A DNA stretch of 63,630 nt, filler included, from Octopus bimaculoides (GCF_001194135.2; 9 parts of 8 records of this genome joined end to end with filler, not necessarily neighbours in it); one strand, 5' to 3'; shown: positions 12,048 to 25,625, numbered from the whole stretch's first letter. A program made the numbers and translations. Notes: generated from the letters alone by a model not told the origin.

Positions 12048-13196
12048 TGAGAGACGTGTGTGTGTGCGTGTGTGTATATGGAAAGAGAGAAGGGAGGGGG
12101 ATGCTGAAATTTTGTGCAACCAAATTCAGCCTACGCGTCCCATGTTTCGTGATCTCGCTGCAATGACGTAGCAAAGACTATATAGAATTTCATTGTGACA
12201 TTCTGTTTGTTTAGCTCCATTATCAGAATTCACGGAAGAATATAATAAGACTGTATAATGGAAATAATGGAAGCTGCATATTATCTTTGCTTATATTTTG
12301 TCACGTTTTCTCTGTATCGTGTGACACGTTGGCTGGTGTCAATTGGAACGTCTTACAAAGACTTCGATAATTGTCTACAGGAAATATTCATTAAAATGTG
12401 AGAAAATGAATTGCTCTCAATGTTCAAGTAGTTTTGCTTTTCAAAGTATATTAACTAATTTATTGTTGAAGAATTCGATAAATTCTAGGAAACCCATTAA
12501 GCGGTTACTTCGATGTCTTTAAGGTTTGATAAACAATAGTTTCCATCTTAAGATTTCAAGAATTAATGCAAGTAAGAATTGTAGATTTATGTTTTTAAGA
12601 GCTCTTTTCTTTATCAGATTTGTCTGCTTGACAATAATACCCTTAAAGCTTTTTAAATATTTCAATTCGAAGATTAAATTATAAAAGTTGATAAATGTTA
12701 CTTGCAATTTCCCAATAGACTGTCATAGAGCAGAAAATAGTCTGGAACAATTTCCTCTCAGTGTCTCTCTCTCTCACACACACACACACACAAATATATA
12801 CAATACTCACATCAGGTGGAAATAGAAGTAAACGATTCATTATGTACTCTCTTTCTCTCTTTCTCTCTTTATTCCTCTCTGTGTGTGTATATGCATATAT
12901 ATAATACATACACAAACACATATATGTAAGTATATATAGTTCTATATTTAAGAGATGCGGAATTATGTACATTATTTACATTTGACGGATATTTGTCCTC
13001 ATCTTGTTAACCACTACGCCATATGGCCATGGGCATATGGCTTAGTGGTTAAGAGCGCGGGCTGATGTCACATGAGTGAATTCAAGTCTTAAGAAGGGAT
13101 AAAAAATACTCTCTCTATTGGTTAAATCTTTTCAGAAAGCAAGCATGAGTTTGTAGTAAGAAGTTTGCTTTCTAACCACATGGCTACAAGCCCAGT

Positions 13197-13233
<37 letters not shown>

Positions 13234-13989
13234 GTGTGTGTCTGTGTTTGTCCTTTATCAACGTTTGACTACTTGCATTTGTGTGTTTACATACCCGTAA
13301 CATACCAATTCGGCACGTGAAACATAAAAATAGGCACCAGGCTTTAAAAAAAGTACTGGGGTGGGTTCATCAGACTAAAAATTATTTAAGGTGGTGCCCC
13401 AGTATGGCCACAATCTACAGATTGAAACAAGTCGAAGAGAAAAGATAAAATGTGTACTCTTCGGTACCGGATAACCGTATGAAATATATCAGAAAGCAAT
13501 AAAACAAAATCGTAAACTGACTAAATATGCAATTCTCATCTAAATATGTCCGACTATGAGGAAAGCTTCAGAAATCCTCTGAATAAGTAAGCGTTTGATC
13601 TCTGCTGCACAGGACAGCAAAAACACTGGCTTAACACAGCTGGAAGGCAAGCAGTAAAATATCTGCTCTCTCTCTCTGTCTTTCTCTTTCTTCACCACTC
13701 ATTCATTTCTAGTTTCCCTTTTCGAAAATAATAGAATAGAAAGAAAATAACATCACTGCTCTTTCTATGACTGAAAGCAAGCAGTGAAGAATCTGCTTCC
13801 CTTTCGCTATGTTTCTGTTGACCACTTTATGCTAAGAAATGAAGGAATGCGATATAAAAGTAAATATGACCAGAAGGAATCTAATGGAAATTATCAGCAA
13901 TCAATTATATATTACACAAAAATGATTTATCGTGGAAAAATAGAAAGGCATGCATACACCCTTCGCCCATATATCCTCTTTTCATTGAT

Positions 13990-14178
13990 TCTTTTATTTG
14001 TTTCAGTCATTTGACTGCGGCCATGCTAGAGCACCGCCTTTAGTCGAGCAAATCGACCCCACGACTCATTCTTTGTAAGTCTAGTATTTGTTCTATCGGT
14101 CTCTTTTGTAAACATACTAGCATCGATTGTCAAGCGATGGTGGGGGTACAAACACAAACACACAAAAATATACCTGTC

Positions 14179-14200
<22 letters not shown>
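13990..14200 (-). mobile_element. SINE family A, 3' half
   Basis: Tail and body match family A. A second partial plus-strand copy lies at about 13150-13450. Confidence 0.8.
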
Positions 14201-14221
<21 letters not shown>

Positions 14222-15581
14222 CATATGCACGCATGCATGTGTGTGTGTGTGTGACTGTGTGTGTATGTGTGTGTGTGAGCATATTTGTACAGTTAGACGT
14301 CCTTGAAAGCATACGTGTATTGTTTTTTGAATTTAAAGTACAAGCTGGAGTCGAGCTGAAATAAGCATTTATTTGTACGTCATTCCAAATAGACCTGATT
14401 AGAGATATCATACGGCAGGCTGACGTCTTAACACTAAGGTTTTTATCGGCAATATAGGAATTTATGATCTTAGCCTGAATACAATAAAGGAATGTTTAGT
14501 GTCACGGTATCTCAGGAATAACAGCTATAAACTGTGGGTCAATAGAATCGAGTGAGGCATTATGCTTCCTGTAGCAGAGGACTTTATATAATTGTGATGA
14601 GGAATAAATAATACGGTGTGGTACTAATCCATTTGAAATCAATTTTCTCAAATTCTTCGTCTTTTATATCCATTATCTGGTTGATGTATTACTGGAACAT
14701 TTCCTGATAACACAATCACGGTATTGCACATTTGCTATTTCTCAGACGAAAGCTCCGTAATTAACGAGAATATTCCAACAGGAGAAAATAATAACGAGAA
14801 ACACAAGAGATATAATTCTTAAAGTAGTGGAATGGTTAAAAGAAGAACCTGAAACCTGCAATAATTCTTCGTCGTTAATGCAGTAAAGTTCCACAAAGAT
14901 GAAAAACTGGTAATTGAAAGAGATCTCTTAGAACTCTGTTATTTTCACTTTCTCTGTTCCTATATATCTGGGGGTACTGCTAGATAAGTTCATTTGAAGT
15001 GACCAGACTATTAGATCATGTTACATGGTGAACATAGGTTTTTTTCAGAAGGTGAGAATTATGGACTCGTGGTGCACTTAAAGATTTCAGTGATATTGAC
15101 GGTAAAAATGGAGGGTGTGAAATTCAATGGTTAAACCAGATCGGAAGCACACGTAATCAAAAGATTATTTCACAACAACGTCGATGATGACGATGACAAC
15201 AACGACGTCTCACTCCCACTTCCTGTTCCCTTTGTGATCGGATCTCCCAACCTTGTGGGAACACGATCGAACTGCATTATAAATTTTACATTTGTGTAGT
15301 TTAGGAGTGAAAAAGATTTTCATTAATATATTTTAAAAAAAGAGTAAATCAAAAGACACGAATTACATTTCATTAGGTTCTAAATTTTGTTTGGTGGCGG
15401 TGGTGATGGTGTTGTAAATTATTTAAACGCCGGTTAGCAGTTGTCTATTAATAAACTGCACAGACCATTCCAATAAAACTCTGGAATTGTGCCATTTCAC
15501 ATTGATTTCTTCTCAAATGAAATTCTTTCAAATATTGAACTGATTAAGATATTTTTCTTGCAGAAAATTGGAAACGTCTGA

Positions 15582-15618
<37 letters not shown>

Positions 15619-16254
15619 TGTGTATGTGTGGTGTTTGTGTGTGTGTATGTAGGTGTGTATGCGCGTATATATAATGGATGTATATGTCTATGTGAATACA
15701 ATACTGTTATCAATGGGTATATATATANNNNNNNNNNNNNNNNNNNNNNNNNNNNNNNNNNNNNNNNNNNNNNNNNNNNNNNNNNNNNNNNNNNNNNNNN
15801 NNNNNNNNNNNNNNNNNNNNNNNNNNNNNNNNNNNNNNNNNNNNNNNNNNNNNNNNNNNNNNNNNNNNNNNNNNNNNNNNNNNNNNNNNNNNNNNNNNNN
15901 NNNNNNNNNNNNNNNNNNNNNNNNNNNNNNNNNNNNNNNNNNNNNNNNNNNNNNNNNNNNNNNNNNNNNNNNNNNNNNNNNNNNNNNNNNNNNNNNNNNN
16001 NATATATATATATATATATATATATAAGGATATGTGTTTATGTGCAAATATATATTACTTGTATATGAATTAATTTTAATGAAGTGCGGGGTCCTATTGT
16101 GAGGCGTGAACTGTGACAGACAGTCGTGTCAGTCTATGAAAATGTTTCCTCATGACAGTCTGTGACAGTGCACGACACGGTGCTAGAGTGCGTGTATGTG
16201 TCGGTGTATAACAGTTTGTTAGAGTGTGTGAAAGTAAGTGCCAATATGTACACA

Positions 16255-16317
<63 letters not shown>

Positions 16318-16385
16318 ATGTATATATGTATATATGTATGCATGTATGTATGTTTGTATGAATGTATATGTATGTTTTTAATTAA

Positions 16386-17150
16386 TTAAATTCTTCCTTG
16401 GAGGAAGGAGCTGGTTTCTAGCAAAATTACAAAGTTCCATCCTTGGAATGTGGATAAGGAAAACAATGACACATTTAAAAAAATAAAAAATCTCTTGAAT
16501 ATATTTACTGTTCCACTTACAGATTGTATTTGTAATGTGCGAGCCAGCTGGTTGATTTCTTTTTCTGTAAACCCAAGCTTATCCAAACTGGCAGTTTACA
16601 AATCCAGGTACTCCAGTTCTTATTGGTATAAATGTAAATTTATAATCTGGATATAAAGAAGCTGGAGGTTTCAAAGCACTTGTTCATAGTTATCTTCTTT
16701 CACTTTGATTTTCAAACAGATATTCATGTCAGCAGGATTGCTGACCTCTATGCCGGTACATACTGTTTCTTGTATGACCCGAACAACATTATCCATCCTG
16801 TTATGCTTATACTTGACAGATGTTTTGATGGAAATATTCCACCAGTATTCTTGTGCTGATATTTTTGTACGTATTCAATAACAAGGCTTTCTCTTTATTT
16901 CAGGACAGTCTTTGTTATAGAATAATATTATATACTGTTTTAGCAACAAGGTCATGTCGCTTGATGATATTTTTTGGCAGCTGCCAAATAAATCTGTGAT
17001 ATCCTCCACAGAAATATGACGTAATGTACATTTTCGGTTGCATCTTGGAACTCCAAGGGCTTCTCTGAGTCTCTTGTTGATTAGGTATTTAGTAGGAATC
17101 TCCTGTTCCTGCATTGTAGATGCATAGCCTTCGAATTGTGACGTCATGAA
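16386..17150 (-). mobile_element. R4/Dong-like (RLE-type) LINE, 3' fragment, copy 1
   Basis: FEGYASTMQEQEIPTKYL...CNRKCTL...VEDITDLFGSCQKIS (zinc knuckle region), and the C-terminal DKLGFTEKEINQLARTLQIQSVSGTVNIFKRFF. Confidence 0.75.
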
Positions 17151-17435
17151 GCAGACATAAATGTATATATGTCATTAATCAGTTTTACTTCAAGATTTCT
17201 TGCCAATAGAAACAAAAAGCCGGTTTCTAATCGAGATCCAAGGCTCCTTTATTGGAATTTCAACATCAACAACAGGGTATTTGTGTGTGTATGTATATAT
17301 ACGCGCAGATTTGTATGTTTTCTTTTATGTATGTCTTCTCATGCATATCCTTGCATATCTAGACATGTTCATATATACTTAAATCATAAACTTCCGGAAA
17401 GTTTTCAGATTTTTACAGTTTCTGGGATGGCTTAG

Positions 17436-18985
17436 GTGAGTAGTCTTCGAAGCCTAATTTCTCAAGATTGGTATTTAGACAGTGTGTTACATAACCAAGT
17501 GCCCAATAATTATAGGTATAAACCTGAACTGGATAGAGTAACTATGGATTTCTCAATAGTTCAGCGTAGATATTCTCTCTTTTCTCTGATCTTCAGCTTC
17601 ATGTTAACATCCGCTGTAAACAACTTCTCTTTTCTATCCCAAATCATTATATTGGGTCTGTTGCGCTTACATTTTATTGAGGTTTTCACTGGAACATTCT
17701 AGCAGTACTCCTTTTTGTTATGAGTGGTTATGGCTTCCATTATACTTTAGGTTCATATTTTTGTCCTCGGGGTTTTCTTTTGGACGGATCTCATTATACA
17801 GTGTCCCAGCCACAGCATCATGTCTCATCGGTAGATAATACCGTATTGACATTTTCGGATATCTGCTTATGATGTGGGTGATAACTTTGATGTTAACTCC
17901 AGTGTCTGTATCGGTAGTCGCATTTTACTGGTTTTCCTGCATTTCTGTCCCTTTTGTGCATCAGGAATTTGGTTGACATTTCCTGTTTCTGGATTGCAAG
18001 CGCATACCCTTCAAAGTGGGAGGTTGTAATCCGGCTATTTGGTCCGCGATAGACTGCTTTGATGATCGATGTTACTATTATCTCGGAGCTTTCTAACATA
18101 TCCATGCATGGTCTTCTGCTGTTGTACGCTCATCCTTTCATCTGATCATACGTTGTGGCAGAGTCGTGCGACTTGTTCGGGCATATATTTAAAGTTATCA
18201 GACAAGGAATGCTGTTCAAGGAGCTGCCTTCCAAATCTTATGATGTTATCAGCATCATGTATACCAACCTCGTCAAGGGATGGACTTCGACAATTGGTGG
18301 CTAGTAGATGTAGTCGAAGGGATATGATTCGACATTCAAGGGCAGTTTGGATCGATGTTAAGCCTTTGCCATCTTGTTTTTGAGTTAAGTAGACGCGATC
18401 TAGGTCACTGTCAATGTGGAAATTGTGTGTGCTTTTCACATCAATGGCTCAGATCTCACCAAGCGTCATTACAGCGGCCCAAATGTTGCTATGAGTACTG
18501 GTATCGCAAATGCATTTTGAGCCACGGTTTTATTGAATGCAGATACCTGCAGATACCTTTAGGTACAAGTATTATTGAATGCATGATACCTGTAACATTC
18601 TTCATCAGATATAGAGGAAGCAGTCAAATCATTGAAGAAGATGTTGCTAGTCTGGTTTACAGTTTTTCACCTTTTCACAACCATATGACAACGTTTATTC
18701 TCACCAAACTCCAACCCTACATCCTTTGAGAATGTTGTAACTAGGTTAAGGCTCTTTTTCATCTCGTGTATATTCTTTGCATATAGTTTCAAGTCATCCA
18801 CACACACACACACACACAAAAACTGTATAATTTTGATATTTCTGTTTCCTTGTGAACCAGTGAAATATCGATCAGACTTCCTTAACATGAATGACAAAGG
18901 GTTTACAGAAAGTATCAACAACGTCACAGAAAGGCCGTCCCCTTGGAATATGCCTCTGTGATACTGCAATTTCTCAGTGATAATA
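17436..18985 (-). mobile_element. R4/Dong-like (RLE-type) LINE, RT to endonuclease, copy 2 (frameshifted)
   Basis: YHRGIFQGDGLSVTLLILSVNPLSFML...VDDLKLYAKN...FSKDVGLEFG; HIDSDLDRVYLTQKQDGKGLTSIQ; FEGYALAIQKQEMSTKFL; RPNNMIWDREKK-like RLE motif. Confidence 0.88.
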
Positions 18986-19201
18986 CAGTCACTCTTTGTA
19001 TTTTATTTCACGATGGTTGTCCACGACGAAATCAGGTGAGCTATGGCTTTGGCTATGCTCACAGGAACTTAAGCGAGTCGAAGGGTTTCTAGCATCCATG
19101 AGTGGGGAACAGAATCAAAAGCTTTCCTGTAGACTAACCACATTGAAATTAGGTTCCTCCTATGCTTCTGCACCTCTGACATCGCAGTTTTGTTTATTAA
19201 C

Positions 19202-19232
<31 letters not shown>

Positions 19233-20559
19233 TGTATGTATGTATGTATGCATATTTGTCATCTCATTGTGCATGTATATGTGTGTGCATGTTGTTCCAT
19301 TATGACTAAATATATTTCCCAATTACACATTGCCTTCTGTGACTGTATATTGTTGGTGCAGTCATGTGACAACGGCCATAAGGCAAAGACATCACTTCAT
19401 TAGATAAATCTATTCATATTAAATGGAAAATTGTAGATAATCTTAATTACAGGAATAGAGCTTATACTCTTGGCGATCACGGGGATAGTCTTTCGGAATG
19501 TCATTTCAGACCTGTATGAGATTAACCGATTAGAAGATCATTCCTGAGAATCGAAGCTGATTGCAATAATCGATTAATCAAAATCTAATTTCCACCTCAC
19601 TGTATCTGTCAGCTATAATAAAACGTGGTCATTATTGTTGCTGCTGTTAAACCGCTGGTTAACTCTGATCAAACAAATCTTTGATTCAATGCCAATCTAG
19701 CCGTGACCATTGCATCTTTTTAGTTTTCAAATACAGTGTTTGTTTTATCGCATCGTTATTAGTGAGGTTCTTTTAGACAGTAGGTGTGATTTGAAGGACA
19801 TATTGCTACTGTTTCTAGCCGATCGCGCAACTGCTTAGAACTGTTCGACCTTTTAAGTGGGAATATTGATGTATTGAGTATTGAGTATTTAATGGAGATG
19901 TACTTAGGTTGGTGTCTAAACGAAAGTGTGTTCATGTGAGTGAAGACATGTAAGTGCGTAGGTGTAAATGTGTGTTTAGGTGGGTTTCTAAAGAGAAGTG
20001 AGGACAGATTTGTGTGAAGGACTATTTAGGCTGATGTGTTTAATTTCATGTTTTAGACTCAAAGTAGTGCCCGTGACATTTTACAACGTCTCCAATATTT
20101 TCTAGAAGGAGAGAGAAAGATATCCTCACATCTAAAACCTCGTCCGGATGCTTGATACATTGTCGTCTCTTAAAGACAGTGAAACTGCCAAGTGGTGGAG
20201 TGGAAACGGTTGCTGATTTTAGTCTCTCAGCTTAGGTGTGTAAAGGCGGATGTGTGAAACAAAGAGTGATGCGGTAGCAATGTGTATGCAGGGGCTGTAT
20301 GTTTTGAAAGTTGTTATTCAGATATCTTTTGATATGTATGTGAGATTTGGCTGTTATTTCTAGAAAGTCAAGTGACTACGTATTCGTATGAGAATCATTC
20401 AACCTACGAATGTTGCTGTGTACTTCTGATTAACACTCAAGGGACATAATCACTGGTCATTATACCCCTCTCCTCCCTGAACTGTCAAAATACTAATTGG
20501 TGGTTGGAACCAATATACTAACACTGGAATTTGTAAAAAAGAAAGAAAAAAAATACAGA

Positions 20560-21277
20560 TAGATGCGGTCAGAGCGACGGAACCGTTCTGCACGCACTCG
20601 TGCAATGTCCGGATATTTCAGAGCTGTGGACCTTCGTCGAACGGCTGTTGTCGCGTGTAGGACGAGTCCGCTTATCAGCCGAGTCTATCGTGAATATAGT
20701 TCCGTACCTTCCTTTAAACGGGAAGGAAAAACAGTTTTCGTAACACTGATAGCTCTGGCGAAAGAATGCGTGTGGTGGACGCGTTTGAAAGGTTTACAAA
20801 CAAACACTTTTCTCTCTGGTCAGTTTCTCGTCAACTTTTTCAAGTACCACTTTAAAAGGAGGATGAGGATAGAGAGGAAAGTGCTATCGAATGAATGTTT
20901 CAATAAAAAATGGGTAAACGTGGCAAGAATGGTAAGTACGAAAGACGACACAAGTTTAAGAATGAACATGTAAGAAACAGAGACAAAGAGAGAAAAGGTA
21001 CTTAAATGTACCTTTAAAAAAAAAAAAGCCTGAGGTGACCGTGGTCTTTTCTGTAGGCTTTTCTCTCCACGGATAAACCTAATCTGTTCCCCCCTTTTAC
21101 ATTGACTGTGATACACGATCCCTATTGACCGGCTTTCCCCATATTTTTTTTCTTTTACGATCCCTTTTGATCGAAATTCTACCCCCACTTCCGTTTTTTT
21201 TGTCCCCCCAAAGAAAGGCTCTACATTGTATTTTGTCCACTTTCTGTATTTAGCCCTGTGTGGCCATAATAAAAAGA

Positions 21278-21280
<3 letters not shown>
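20560..21280 (+). mobile_element. Tx1/L1-clade LINE 3' end (CCHC knuckle, ORF2 C-terminus, 3' UTR)
   Basis: RCGQSDGTVLHALVQCPDISELWTFVERLL, then TVFVTLIALAKECVWWTRLKGL...FNKKWVNVARM. The 3' UTR ends aataaaaag directly on (TATC)n. Confidence 0.85.
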
Positions 21281-21350
<70 letters not shown>

Positions 21351-21450
21351 NNNNNNNNNNNNNNNNNNNNNNNNNNNNNNNNNNNNNNNNNNNNTTAATT
21401 AATTAANNNNNNNNNNNNNNNNNNNNNNNNNNNNNNNNNNNNNNNNNNNN

Positions 21451-21880
21451 TTTGTCTGATCTTTTATAATAATATCTGGTTTATTAGCTTTTATAGTTTT
21501 GTCGGTATGTACGGGGAAGTCTCAGAGAATCGATACATTTTCTCCCTCAGTCACAGCTTCAGGATGGTGTTTATACCATTTGTCAGCGGTTTTGATTTTA
21601 TAATGCGGACATATTGTCCAGTGTAAATACTGTCGACTCTGTCATGTCTTGCTTTATATTCTACAGGTGCTAAGACTCTACACCCTGAGATTAGGTGGTC
21701 TATAGTTTCAATCTCATCGTTACAGAATCGGCATTTTGGGTCAGCTCCATTGTTTTATCACATTGGCTTGGTAGTTCCGGGTTAATAAGTTTTGGTCTTG
21801 AGCAGCTAATATGAAACCTTCACTCTCTGCTTTTAGTCCTCAGCTTCGTAACCATTGATGCAGCTAAGCATTTTATCCGG
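21451..21880 (-). mobile_element. R4/Dong-like LINE fragment of a different subfamily (zinc knuckle to RLE)
   Basis: GLKAESEGFILAAQDQNLLTRNYQANV...DPKCRFCNDEIETIDHLISGCRVLAPVEYKARHD...DFPVHTDKTIKANKPDIIIKD. Confidence 0.9.
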
Positions 21881-22065
21881 CATGTTAGCGGATCTAACAC
21901 CACTTTAGTCAAAATTAGAATAAAATCAGTTTTGACTTGGACATTTAAGTTTCGCTTTACGGTCTGTTTCGCTTTACCGTCTGTTTAACAAGTCAGCTGG
22001 TTGTCGAAGCCACTAAACGAAATGTAAAGCATGCGCACACGTGCACACAAACACACACACTCACT

Positions 22066-22105
<40 letters not shown>

Positions 22106-22206
22106 TACATACACATACATACACGCGCGCATACACACATTCACACGTACCAACAGCTGTGTAAAGAAAAACTAAAAGAAAAACAGAAAAGAAAAAGAGA
22201 GAGAAA

Positions 22207-22238
<32 letters not shown>

Positions 22239-22499
22239 GGATGGTGTGTGCCTAGGGTAAATAACATTTGCAAAATCGACGACAACTGCTGCTGCTGCTA
22301 CTACTACTAGCAACAACAACAACAACAACAACAAAAGTAGCAAAAACAACAACGAGTATCACAAGAACATCAACAATACCAGCTCTTTATTATTTTTGCA
22401 ACTCTGAAGACAGTCTAATACAGACGCTGCTAGTTAATAAATTTGGTGAAGCATTGGAGTGGAAGGAGGAGGAGAGAGGGGAAGAGAGGGAGGGAGAGA

Positions 22500-22768
22500 G
22501 AGAGAGGGGAAGAGAGGGGGGTTAAGCAAGTGAAGGAATGAGAGAGAGATAGAGAGAGAGAGGAAGAGAGAGGGGTTAAGCAAGTGAAGGAATGAGAGAG
22601 AGATAGAGAGATTGATAGAGAGAGAGAGAGAGAGAGACTGATAGAGAGAGAGAGAGAGAGAGAGAGGAAGAGAGAGGGGTTAAGTAAGTGAGGGAATGAG
22701 AGAGAGATAGAGAGAGAGAGGAAGAGAGAGGGGTTAAGCAAGTGAAGGAATGAGAGAGAGATAGAGAG

Positions 22769-22806
<38 letters not shown>

Positions 22807-23071
22807 ATAGAGAGAGAGAGAGAGGGGAAGAGAGAGGGGTTAAGTAAGTGAGGGAATGAGAGAGAGATAGAGAGATTGATAGAGAGAGAGAGAGAGACNN
22901 NNNNNNNNNNNNNNNNNNNNNNNNNNNNNNNNNNNNNNNNNNNNNNNNNNNNNNNNNNNNNNNNNNNNNNNNNNNNNNNNNNNNNNNNNNNNNNNNNNNN
23001 NNNNNNNNNNNNNAGTAAGTGAGGGAATGAGAGAGAGATAGAGAGATTGATAGAGAGAGAGAGAGAGAGAC

Positions 23072-23107
<36 letters not shown>

Positions 23108-23260
23108 ATAGAGAGAGAGAGAGAGGGGAAGAGAGAGGGGTTAAGTAAGTGAGGGAATGAGAGAGAGATAGAGAGATTGATAGAGAGAGAGAGAGAGACT
23201 GATAGATAGAGAGAGAGAGAGAGACTGATAGTGAGAGAGAGATTAAAAAGAGAGAGAAAC
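22500..23260. repeat. GA-rich compound minisatellite
   Basis: The anchor ggggttaag(c/t)aagtga(a/g)ggaatga recurs about 7 times, separated by (GA)n/gata/gact blocks. The array is interrupted by a gap. Confidence 0.9.
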
Positions 23261-23552
23261 AGACAGACAGAGAGAGGGGGACAAACAGTAGAAAGAGAAG
23301 AGAAAGGAGGAAGAGGAGGAGGCGGAGGAGGGGGAGTAAAGGGAGAAAAAATGACGCGTGAAACGCTTTGCTAAGCATTTCAATTCCTATTGTCCCACTA
23401 CAGGTTTCATTTGAGGATGATGATGATGATGATGATGATGGAGATGGTGGTGGTGTGGTGGTGGTGGTGGTGAGAGCTGAGGTCGGTAGTGGTGCTGGAG
23501 ATGACAGTGACGGTGATGTTAGTGGTGGTAGTAATGGTGATGGTGAGGATGG

Positions 23553-23598
<46 letters not shown>

Positions 23599-23749
23599 AA
23601 TGACTTCCTGTTTAGTTTTATTTTGCGTTGTATGGTGAAGTGCATTGCAATTATTACATGGTGAGCCGGCGGGAGAATGTCATACTTGACTGATCACTAT
23701 ATCAGTTGATATAGACACGACTACACTCTATAGTATTCTCCCTCCACCA

Positions 23750-23783
<34 letters not shown>

Positions 23784-25395
23784 GTTCAAATTCTGGCACA
23801 AGGCCAGCAATTTCGTGGGGGGTGGATGAGTCTATTACATCGACCGGATCTAGTTGGTTTGGCTGCCAGCATTTCAAATATTTAAAGTTTATCAAAATTT
23901 TTTTAATTTGGCACAATAATATACTTTTCCAAGCTGAATTGCTGGCGTTATTTCTCTTTTTTCTAGAAAAAATGTTTTAAAAAAGTTATAGAGGTTAAAA
24001 GTTTGATCATTTTCACCCAGTCAGGAAACAGGATGTTCATGACTGTCATTTGTGCTGTCATTTGGAAGCTGTCATTTTGTGCGTGACTGCGCATATTGTC
24101 GTCAGCATCCTAGAAACAGCACGTGTTGTCAATATTTGTAAATACCACGTGTTTTGTAGTTCGGAACATTCAATATGCATTCAATGCAATAGGACGAACT
24201 TAAAAGATTTATCAAAAAATAAAAATGTTATTTAGCTGTTATTTTTAGCACACCTCACAACCACCTCAATGACAAAAAAAAAAATGAGTAAACAAGTAGT
24301 TATGAGCATTCAATATGCATTTAATGCAAATGCGATGAACAACATGTTACAAATTAAATATTTTTAAAAACAAATATTTGTTGATCAGTTCATAAATACA
24401 CATGCCCAGTTGTCAACAGATTGCTAAAACAAGTGGTTTCCGTATATTTGTCAACACGTGCTTTCTCGCAGACAAAGGAGTTCTCATGTTCCGCTTGTTA
24501 CTATGAAAACAGGCATGAATGTCTCTGTGGCTTACGATTGGCTAAAATNNNNNNNNNNNNNNNNNNNNNNNNNNNNNNNNNNNNNNNNNNNNNNNNNNNN
24601 NNNNNNNNNNNNNNNNNNNNNNNNNNNNNNNNNNNNNNNNNNNNNNNNNNNNNNNNNNNNNNNNNNNNNNNNNNNNNNNNNNNNNNNNNNNNNNNNNNNN
24701 NNNNNNNNNNNNNNNNNNNNNNNNNNNNNNNNNNNNNNNNNNNNNNNNNNNNNNNNNNNNNNNNNNNNNNNNNNNNNNNNNNNNNNNNNNNNNNNNNNNN
24801 NNNNNNNNNNNNNNNNNNNNNNNNNNNNNNNNNNNNNNNNNNNNNNNNNNNNNNNNNNNNNNNNNNNNNNNNNNNNNNNNNNNNNNNNNNNNNNNNNNNN
24901 NNNNNNNNNNNNNNNNNNNNNNNNNNNNNNNNNNNNNNNNNNNNNNNNNNNNNNNNNNNNNNNNNNNNNNNNNNNNNNNNNNNNNNNNNNNNNNNNNNNN
25001 NNNNNNNNNNNNNNNNNNNNNNNNNNNNNNNNNNNNNNNNNNNNNNNNNNNNNNNNNNNNNNNNNNNNNNNNNNNNNNNNNNNNNNNNNNNNNNNNNNNN
25101 NNNNNNNNNNNNNNNNNNNNNNNNNNNNNNNNNNNNNNNNNNNNNNNNNNNNNNNNNNNNNNNNNNNNNNNNNNNNNNNNNNNNNNNNNNNNNNNNNNNN
25201 NNNNNNNNNNNNNNNNNNNNNNNNNNNNNNNNNNNNNNNNNNNNNNNNNNNNNNNNNNNNNNNNNNNNGGATAAGCTACCCCTATTTTGCAGAGAAAAGT
25301 GTACTGCAAAATAGGGGTAGTTTATCCTGTTCAGGCTATATTATTAGCATTATTCTGTGATTGAGAATTTAAAATCACTTCTTTAACTTTCTAAC

Positions 25396-25442
<47 letters not shown>

Positions 25443-25625
25443 CATAATAATAATAATAATAATCATAATAATAATAATAATCTTTTCTACTATAGGCACA
25501 AGGCCTGAAATTTGGAAGGGAGATGGCCCTTTCCATTTATATCTTTATCGTGCACGTGGATTCTCAAAATGAAGTCAAAGAATAGAAACCGTGTGGCTAG
25601 TAAAAATAATCAGTATTTAGTTATG

